This document shows, piece after piece, positions 57,014 to 64,000 of a DNA stretch of 64,000 nt. Within the stretch, counting starts at the first letter, position 1; every line of letters starts with the position of its first letter. Where the stretch lies: positions 75,241 through 139,240 of the IMG/VR virus record IMGVR_UViG_3300027704_003324, one strand, 5' to 3'. Position numbers and translations under genes: made by a program. Source of the stretch: a virus. The notes under the pieces are model-generated. The model worked only from the letters and a program-made list of their open reading frames with translations. It was not told the DNA's origin and searched no databases.

Positions 57014-58588
57014 TTAGTTTAGTAACCAGGATATATCTTCTTCAGTATGTCCATTATTAACAATATACGGATTATTTTGCATATTACCAACATTTTTTAG
57101 TATTGCTGGGTTTTTAGAGTTTAGGTTATGAAAAGAGGATAACTGTGCTCTGGCTAAGTCCATACCCTGCTGTCTCATTCTTAATGCCGTATCTCTAACA
57201 TATAGTGCAGTTGCACATGCTATAAGTAAATCATCGTTGTAGTTCACCTGTGCTTGAGGTTTACCGTTCTTCCATACGAATACTCTCATTTCAGCTACGA
57301 GTCTCTTAGACTGTATAGTAACTGCCTTCTCCCTAACGTATTCGATCATCTTAGCAATAACTAATGGTCTAGTTCTTACCGACATAGTGAATCCAGGTAC
57401 AAGTTTATCTCTTTCGTACTTAGACATATAAGATTCTACTGTCTCCATATTGCCTGTAGAACTGTAATATAGGTTCTTATACTCTCTCTCCATCACTTGT
57501 TCGATGGTTGCCCAACCTATGTTAGCATTTTCTACAACTAACAGAGCGTCGTTATATTCTGAGGCAATCCCTACTAGTACGTTACCGTAGTCTTTAGGTG
57601 AAAGTTTACCTTTGTATTCTGCTACTTGAGTACAAGTTTCTATATCAAATACATGAAATGCAGAGTAATCTGCAGAGTCTCCTCTAGCAACATCCGCTAC
57701 TACCATATATGATTTATTATAGTCAACTCCTTCCCATACCCATAAGTTACCGTCAACTCCTCTTCTTTCCATAGGGTCTTTGATATAACTCTGTTCTATG
57801 AACATCATGTCGTCTGGTTCAAATACTGTATCTCCGGAAGCTAAGAAATCACAGTCACATTCCTGTCCTGCCATTCTAGGTCCTAAATCAGCATCTTGTT
57901 GATCTCTCCATTTCTGATCTCTTTCAGGATGTACTGTCCAAGGTAGTCTTACAGCTACGAAAGAATTCTCTGCTGTTTCTGCTTTTTCCCATGTCTGGTG
58001 AAACCAGTTACCAATTCCGTTAGGGGTTGATAATGACATACACTGTCCACCTGTAGCTAATGTTTGTTGTGCTGCTGCGAATGTTTCGTCAATATTATCT
58101 ATAAATGCTGCTTCATCAATTAACAGTAACGATACTGCTTCAGAACGAGCTGCATCTGCATTAGATGATTTAGCTGTAATTTTAGACCCATTAGATAATC
58201 TTAGTGATAATTTGTTTTTCTCTAATGCCGGTAGTTTTAACCATTTAGGTAGCTGGTCGTACATAAACATCGTCTTTGTAACTAAGTTACGGGCTGTTGC
58301 TTGTGTAGTAGCTAATGCTAAAACGTTTTTATCTTTATGAAATAACATTAACCATAGAGAATATCCAGCTGCTAAAGTAGATATACCTAGCTGTCTAGAT
58401 TTCAAAACAATAAGAAATTGATTGTCTCTAAATAAATGAAGTACTTTTCCTTGAAAAGGGTATAAATTAAACAATATACGTCCTCTAGTGGGGTGCTGGA
58501 TGTAGCAATACTTTTTCATAAAGTATTCCGGATCCTTCGCACACTTAATATATTCCTGTGCTATTATCTTCTTTATGTCTTGTGCCAT
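57014..58588 (-). CDS. Terminase large subunit (T4 gp17-like)
   Basis: KSRQLGIST Walker A, LLLIDEAAF Walker B, STPNG, QECDCDF, ADVARG, VENANIG, NDDL. Confidence 0.95.
   Translation of the reverse strand: MAQDIKKIIAQEYIKCAKDPEYFMKKYCYIQHPTRGRILFNLYPFQGKVLHLFRDNQFLIVLKSRQLGISTLAAGYSLWLMLFHKDKNVLALATTQATARNLVTKTMFMYDQLPKWLKLPALEKNKLSLRLSNGSKITAKSSNADAARSEAVSLLLIDEAAFIDNIDETFAAAQQTLATGGQCMSLSTPNGIGNWFHQTWEKAETAENSFVAVRLPWTVHPERDQKWRDQQDADLGPRMAGQECDCDFLASGDTVFEPDDMMFIEQSYIKDPMERRGVDGNLWVWEGVDYNKSYMVVADVARGDSADYSAFHVFDIETCTQVAEYKGKLSPKDYGNVLVGIASEYNDALLVVENANIGWATIEQVMEREYKNLYYSSTGNMETVESYMSKYERDKLVPGFTMSVRTRPLVIAKMIEYVREKAVTIQSKRLVAEMRVFVWKNGKPQAQVNYNDDLLIACATALYVRDTALRMRQQGMDLARAQLSSFHNLNSKNPAILKNVGNMQNNPYIVNNGHTEEDISWLLN
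57062..57091 (-). promoter_or_regulatory. Intragenic GTTG-N18-CGTATATT promoter upstream of portal
   Basis: GTTGGTAATATGCAAAATAATCCGTATATT. Confidence 0.6.
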
Positions 58589-58591
58589 AAC

Positions 58592-59713
58592 TTATTTTAG
58601 ATCCTTATAATCTAGTTTTAAAACGTTTGCTCTTGAAGTAGTACTTAAAAAGCCTTTTATTGGTACGGTTCTAATTGTAATACCTCTTCCTGCGTGTCCT
58701 TCTGTATTTGTTGCTTTTGATGCATTTCTTTCAAATCGAATAATTGGCTTATCTTCTTTATCGAAATCTTCATCTTTTTCGTAGTTTCTAGATGATGTAA
58801 TAGTTAATGTGTCTTTATCAAATTTAAAGTCTAATTCTGTGAATGTTCTTTTGACTACTACTGCTTTATCTGATCCGAATGCTAATGCATCGTAACCCAT
58901 ACCTGGGGCATTTAGTACGTATATACTTCCGTAAGGTTTATTATTTTTAGGGTTTATCATATTTAATAGCTTTGGATTATTTTCATCCTGTACTAGCTTT
59001 AAATCTTCTGTGCCTTCTCCCATACCCGGTAATAGTACGTTATCGAATACGTCCCTATGAGTTGTCATTGCTGATGACCATCTAAATGGGCCGTCCTTTT
59101 TTATTGATATAGGAATTTCTCCAGAGCTATTATAAAGTCTAATGTCTGCTTTTTTATTATCTCCGGTTTCTCTTCCTACAGATGCTGCACTTTCAACATT
59201 AGGATATTGGAAAACTATATTTCCTTGAGATGGTTTTATTGTAACATTTATAGGACCTCCATGAACGTTAATTAATTCGTTTATTTTAGCAACTACTATA
59301 GCCTCGTTATCTAAGCCTGCATCTCCTACTGAGGTTTGATTCTTATGTATGATTTCTATCCCCTCTGGTGTTCTAAACCCTCCACCACTTGAACCTGTAA
59401 TCTGGTCTTTTTCATAACCTAAATTTTGAAGTGCTACGAAAATATCTGATCTCTTCTTATCTGTATATACGATAATACGATTTTTAGCATGAGCTATTAT
59501 CTCATCATCATCTAAGTTAAGCTTTAATATTAACTCTTTACCGAGTGCTTGTGCTTCTTTAGAAAGGTATTCAAATGGGTGCTTTGCTTCGTTTATTAAA
59601 TTAAAACCAAAAATAGATTCAAACAGAGCAATATCCTTAACACTATTAATGTCTGGATATCCTTTTTCGGTTCTGTATGACCATTCTAGTAAAACTTTAT
59701 CTATAAGACTCAT
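58592..59713 (-). CDS. Putative PD-(D/E)XK-like nuclease with head-targeting-like leader
   Basis: KKADIRL...PISIKK; N-terminal IDKVLLEWSYR..GYPD..LINE. Confidence 0.5.
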   Translation of the reverse strand: MSLIDKVLLEWSYRTEKGYPDINSVKDIALFESIFGFNLINEAKHPFEYLSKEAQALGKELILKLNLDDDEIIAHAKNRIIVYTDKKRSDIFVALQNLGYEKDQITGSSGGGFRTPEGIEIIHKNQTSVGDAGLDNEAIVVAKINELINVHGGPINVTIKPSQGNIVFQYPNVESAASVGRETGDNKKADIRLYNSSGEIPISIKKDGPFRWSSAMTTHRDVFDNVLLPGMGEGTEDLKLVQDENNPKLLNMINPKNNKPYGSIYVLNAPGMGYDALAFGSDKAVVVKRTFTELDFKFDKDTLTITSSRNYEKDEDFDKEDKPIIRFERNASKATNTEGHAGRGITIRTVPIKGFLSTTSRANVLKLDYKDLK

Positions 59714-59717
59714 ATAT

Positions 59718-60152
59718 TTACTCTTTTCTTTCTCCTATTATGCTTTGTGCTGCTGCTGTTAGTTGTTCAATTGCATCATGACACCAGTCATTTGAAGTTT
59801 GGTCATCCCATAGTTTAACATCCTCTATTTCTTCTAGCTCTCTTTGAAGACCTTCTACTACTTCAATTAAAAGTTTTCTATTTTTCCATTCTTTTCCTTG
59901 CCAATCTTCTTGTTCTTTCAAGTCTTCTTTATGGTATAGTTTTTCACTTTCACCATTAGGGCCACTACCGCCTTCATCATGGGGTTTACCTGACATTATT
60001 GAACCGTCAGGCATCTTATGAAGTTTACCTTTCCATTCTTTACCGTCTTTAGTATAATGTGGAACACCTTCTTCTTCATTTAATCCTTTCCTAGTATTAG
60101 TAGTAAGGTTATTCTCTGTTAAAAAGCTCTTAAGGTTAAAATTGTTTTTCAT
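59718..60152 (-). CDS. Putative internal head protein
   Basis: Start reassigned to MKNNFNLKSFLTE; PHYTKDG..HKMPDG..H module bounded by LNE and LKE. Confidence 0.65.
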   Translation of the reverse strand: MKNNFNLKSFLTENNLTTNTRKGLNEEEGVPHYTKDGKEWKGKLHKMPDGSIMSGKPHDEGGSGPNGESEKLYHKEDLKEQEDWQGKEWKNRKLLIEVVEGLQRELEEIEDVKLWDDQTSNDWCHDAIEQLTAAAQSIIGERKE

Positions 60153-60162
60153 ATCTTTATTA

Positions 60163-61239
60163 TTATGCTTCTGGTTCTGCTCCGTCTTCAAAGTCTATTT
60201 CTTCTCCTCCTAAATCTGCTGGTTCTGCTGGTGCATCATCTCCTGCTGGTATTTCTGCTTCTCCTTCTTCACCGCCTTCGGCTCCACCTTCTTCTCCAGG
60301 AAAGTCCCCGCCTCCGCCTCCGCCACCTCCGGTGTCTTCTGCTTCTGCTTCCCCTGCTCCTGACATTGGACCTTCTTGATAGAGTCTAGTCATTTTATCT
60401 AATGCCTGTTGGTAATCGTCTATTTTATCAATGTAGTACCTCTTTCCCATTATTTGAGCTTCAAAACCGGTACCAGTCCATTTTAGGATGTAGTGTTGTC
60501 CATTTTTAAGGTTAACCCTGAATGATGATGGTCTTGGTGATACCCAATCCACTGTGTCAACAAATTCTTTAAATTGCTTAGTTTGTAATTTAATGATTGC
60601 TTTAGATAGTGTTGGAAACTTACCTAAGATGGTATCAGTAGCATCTTCTAGGACTGTCTCTTTTGGAGCGTCCATGTCTGCTGGTTCTTCTGGTGCCGGT
60701 TCTTCTTTTTCAAGCTCTTTTAAGTATGCTGCTTCATTTAGATTATCATATTTTAGTCTCTTAAGTCCAGTAACTGCTTCTTCCATACTACGTCTCATTC
60801 TCATAAGTTCGTATTGCTCTGGTCTTTCAGTTCTTAAGTAAGATTGTAGTTTTCTAAAATTAGTTCTGATAAGCTCAAATAAGTCTTTTGCTTTTTGATC
60901 TCTTTGTATATCAGGGGAACGCATTAGTTCTTTTAAATCAGCGATTATGTCTGAGTAATCTTTATATAGTCCGTTAAAAGAAGGAAGAGAGATTATTTTA
61001 TGGCCTACTGATCCTGTGTTCTTATCTACACTTATAGTTCTGAATAAGGTTTTCATATCACTTGATAGAAAATCTCGTTCAGGATATTTCCCTACTCCGT
61101 ATCTTGCAGTGATTGATTTCTGCAAGGATTTAGGTAAACCTGTAATCTTATGAGTATCCGGTGAATCTGCTGTTTCTTTCTCTTCTCTTACTTCTCCGTA
61201 TGCTTCTAGAATTACGTTCTTTATATCTTCTATATTCAT
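60163..61239 (-). CDS. Putative internal head protein
   Basis: MNIEDIKNVILE; acidic Gly/Glu low-complexity tail. Confidence 0.65.
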   Translation of the reverse strand: MNIEDIKNVILEAYGEVREEKETADSPDTHKITGLPKSLQKSITARYGVGKYPERDFLSSDMKTLFRTISVDKNTGSVGHKIISLPSFNGLYKDYSDIIADLKELMRSPDIQRDQKAKDLFELIRTNFRKLQSYLRTERPEQYELMRMRRSMEEAVTGLKRLKYDNLNEAAYLKELEKEEPAPEEPADMDAPKETVLEDATDTILGKFPTLSKAIIKLQTKQFKEFVDTVDWVSPRPSSFRVNLKNGQHYILKWTGTGFEAQIMGKRYYIDKIDDYQQALDKMTRLYQEGPMSGAGEAEAEDTGGGGGGGGDFPGEEGGAEGGEEGEAEIPAGDDAPAEPADLGGEEIDFEDGAEPEA

Positions 61240-61242
61240 ATC

Positions 61243-64000
61243 TTACTTCTTTTTCTTTTTGTATCCTTTATGCCAATGTTCGTTAGTCGTTTTAATATCT
61301 AACTCCTTGACTGGTATATTTTCTACTGTTTTTCCATTTTCAAATAAAACATCATAATGGGTAACTATATACTTCTTACCTTCTTTAACTAAGGTATGTT
61401 TTTCTGGAATGCAAGTTCCTTTGCCGTATGCTTCATGTACTACCTTAGCAGCACAATCGTGAGCGAATCCAGGTCCAGCTTCTGTAGTGATATCCATGTT
61501 CTTATGTGTCTGTCCTACTTTTGCATCTAATAAAGACTCTACATGCTTCTTTTGTTTAGTTAAGTCTTTAAGTTGAGATACTACTGATTTATCTCCTGCT
61601 TTATATTTCTTAGCTAAATCTTTCATAACGCCTGTTATAACATCATGTGCTTTTTGTAATTTAGCAACCGAATATTTACCGTTGTTAAATTTCTTAGGTA
61701 ATTCTGCTTCTTCTATATCTTCATCTTCTGCATCATATCCATCTACATCGTGCAGACCAAAGTTTTCTAATTCATCTGTAGTATATTCGTTTGCTAATTT
61801 TTTAACAAATTCTGGTATAGATATAATCCAGTCTGCTATTATTTCTACTCCTCCAGGATTATCGTCAAAGAATTGATCAAAATCATCATATCCAATAGCA
61901 TCTAACATCCTATCCATAGAGGGACTATAGTCATCTTCAAATTGATCTTCTATTTTGCTTGCAAATTCTGGCACTGTTCTTAACCATTCGTCTAGTTCTT
62001 GATGTGCTCCAGGATTGTCTTCAAAAAAATGTTCTAAAGCTCTATATCCTATAGCTCCAATAAGTTCATCTATATCGCTACTTCCGTATTCATTTATAGA
62101 TTTCTTTACTTTTAAATCAGAATCAAGTTCAAACCTTGTGAATTTATTTAAATCGTTTAAACTTCTTAATTCAACTCTTTTACCGTCTGAATCCAATCCG
62201 TAGATATTAGCATCATACTTACCCATTCCATCAGAACGTGAACCTTTTAATTTTTGTTTTAATTCAGCTCCTGCTCTACGTTTTGATACTGATGAAGACA
62301 TTCCTAAATCTTGTCTATTTTCTTCTTCATCCATGTTACCAATTCCTGATACTGGGCCTCTTTTTCTGTAATAATCAGATTGTTTTTTTGATTCTACATC
62401 TCTTGAATCTTTAATTGCTTTAATAGCATCTCTTAGTATGTTAGAGGATAATAATGATATTTTTCCACTAGCATTCATTTGACCCATAGGGGTTAATGAG
62501 GATTTTGAATCATCTAAACCATAGGCTTTTGCTAAGTCTGATATGGGTCCTGAATCATACCCTTGAACTGTTGTGACATTATTACCATTTATTGCAATAT
62601 AACATTTATCTGGTCTTCTAACATCTGATTTTGATAGTGGATGAATTAAAATACTACCACCACCTCTTCGATCAACATACATTGTTTTTTCTAATTCATC
62701 AATGTAATCTTCAAAAGTTGAATGCATTTTATCACCCTCCTTTATATCTTTTGATTTGTTTCTTCTAAAGCCGCCTACAATATCATCATATGCCTTACCT
62801 ACATCTCCCTTATATAGTTGTTTTACAATTCTTTTACCTAAGTTTTCTAATTGATCATTAGTTAAAGTATACTCTTTACCAAATCCTTCCAAATAAAACA
62901 TTCCAATGTCTACATAGTCATCATAGTAATCTTTATGTTGAGGTGTAGGATTTTCATCTAATTCTGCTGCATCTTCTTTGCCCATTCCTCTTAACCTTAG
63001 AGCTTGCTTGATAGCGAAAACAGCATCTTGTTCGTCATACCCGTATCTCTTAGCCATTGCTTTAATAAACTGATTAACTTTTTTAGATACTTCTGGGTTT
63101 AGGTTTTCATTTACTGATTCTTCAACTTTCACAACATTTATAGATTTTAACTTATTGTCTTTTGCTAATTTCCAATGTTTGTCGTCTGCTTCTTTTTTAG
63201 TCTTGTAAACTCCACTTTTAAATTTCTCTCCTTCTTTAGTAAAGTATTCTACTCTGTATTTAACTTCATTTACTGATTCGTCATAAGCGTCGATAATGTA
63301 GGTATCCCTTAAAGCTTCTATTATTTCTAAAGCTGCTTCTTTGGGAGTTGTACCGTCTTCATTAGCCATATCAGTAACAATTTGTACGATAGCATCTAAA
63401 TCTCCTCTTCCTTCTTTAATTGATTCATTATAGTCATCGTCATCCTCTCCAAAGTAGAACCCTAAGTTCTCTAATTCATCATTACTAAATTCATCACCTA
63501 ATTTTTCTTGGAAGTCTGATATGCTACCAATCCATTCCATTATTACTTCTACACAGCCAGGATTATCTTCTATAAATTCATCAAATCCCTGTCTATATCC
63601 TAGAGCTCCAAATATCTCATCTAGGTTTCTAGCAGCAGACTCCTTTACTAACTTACCTAGGTATTTAGCTTGAGCTCCATGTCCTTTAACAGAGTTTTTT
63701 AATTGACCTACTATCTTTTTAACTTTTTTAACTTCCCCTTTATCTAACTCCTCTGGAAGTTCATTATTATCGTAGTCGTTTTCTTCTCTTCTGTAATCCT
63801 CATAATCTGTTTGATCACTTCCTTTGGCAGCGTCTAATATATCTCCTAATTCTGCATCTGCTTCCATTTCTGGATTAATTAACGTAACAGAGTTAGGTAA
63901 ATCATCTCCTCTTCCAATATGAAGTTCGTAATCTTGACCTTCTTTATATCTAGAAGCTAAATAATTAACAGCTGATTCGATATTGTCTAGATCAAATCCA
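61243..64000 (-). CDS. Large modular acidic polyprotein (N-terminus beyond right edge)
   Basis: Frame stays open upstream of 63867 to the window end (GFDLDNIESAVNYL...); 3 GY..DNPG..W repeats; modules bounded by xxE sites. Confidence 0.75.
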   Translation of the reverse strand, partial: GFDLDNIESAVNYLASRYKEGQDYELHIGRGDDLPNSVTLINPEMEADAELGDILDAAKGSDQTDYEDYRREENDYDNNELPEELDKGEVKKVKKIVGQLKNSVKGHGAQAKYLGKLVKESAARNLDEIFGALGYRQGFDEFIEDNPGCVEVIMEWIGSISDFQEKLGDEFSNDELENLGFYFGEDDDDYNESIKEGRGDLDAIVQIVTDMANEDGTTPKEAALEIIEALRDTYIIDAYDESVNEVKYRVEYFTKEGEKFKSGVYKTKKEADDKHWKLAKDNKLKSINVVKVEESVNENLNPEVSKKVNQFIKAMAKRYGYDEQDAVFAIKQALRLRGMGKEDAAELDENPTPQHKDYYDDYVDIGMFYLEGFGKEYTLTNDQLENLGKRIVKQLYKGDVGKAYDDIVGGFRRNKSKDIKEGDKMHSTFEDYIDELEKTMYVDRRGGGSILIHPLSKSDVRRPDKCYIAINGNNVTTVQGYDSGPISDLAKAYGLDDSKSSLTPMGQMNASGKISLLSSNILRDAIKAIKDSRDVESKKQSDYYRKRGPVSGIGNMDEEENRQDLGMSSSVSKRRAGAELKQKLKGSRSDGMGKYDANIYGLDSDGKRVELRSLNDLNKFTRFELDSDLKVKKSINEYGSSDIDELIGAIGYRALEHFFEDNPGAHQELDEWLRTVPEFASKIEDQFEDDYSPSMDRMLDAIGYDDFDQFFDDNPGGVEIIADWIISIPEFVKKLANEYTTDELENFGLHDVDGYDAEDEDIEEAELPKKFNNGKYSVAKLQKAHDVITGVMKDLAKKYKAGDKSVVSQLKDLTKQKKHVESLLDAKVGQTHKNMDITTEAGPGFAHDCAAKVVHEAYGKGTCIPEKHTLVKEGKKYIVTHYDVLFENGKTVENIPVKELDIKTTNEHWHKGYKKKKK

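Noticed and set aside
60300-60335. GC-rich stretch ccgcctccgcctccgccacctcc
   Set aside because: Encodes a poly-Gly linker within a CDS
1-64000. Stop-codon reassignment, introns/inteins, tRNAs, IS elements
   Set aside because: Conserved genes are full length and uninterrupted under code 11, with TAA, TAG and TGA all used as stops; intergenic gaps are short and show no cloverleaf or transposase

Overview
An AT-rich, 64-kb segment of a large T4-like myophage (contractile tail, gp23-type capsid). Every credible gene is on the minus strand. Read in the direction of transcription (right to left) it contains: acidic, modular putative internal head proteins; terminase large subunit; portal; prohead protease; scaffold; major capsid protein; PhoH; neck and tail-completion proteins; large Ser/Gly/Thr-rich fibre and appendage proteins, including a 1683-aa repeat-built fibre with an S74 chaperone; a ~21-kb, 21-gene glycan synthesis/modification island; then tail sheath, tail tube, a gp26/gp51-like pair linked by a T7 slippery site, and the tape measure gene, which runs off the left edge. 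Two promoter classes are visible: TATTTAT(A/T) upstream of most structural genes, and a bipartite GTTG-N18-CGTATATT element resembling Bacteroidota housekeeping promoters. Together with A-rich, SD-less start contexts this suggests a Bacteroidota (possibly flavobacterial) host (inference). Best candidates for a novel system: (1) the modification island inside the virion gene region, with two GT7 transferases carrying an inserted LamG-like domain, UDP-sugar dehydrogenase, epimerase, a DegT aminotransferase next to an amidinotransferase, a 2OG oxygenase, two radical SAM enzymes, SGNH proteins and a methyltransferase, possibly building a guanidino-sugar or proteoglycan-like coat on [ST]GS-rich virion proteins; (2) head-targeted polyproteins made of shuffled modules between protease-type xxE sites; (3) a +1/-2 frameshift at the tail chaperone position. 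All product calls come from motifs recognised by eye; no database search was run.
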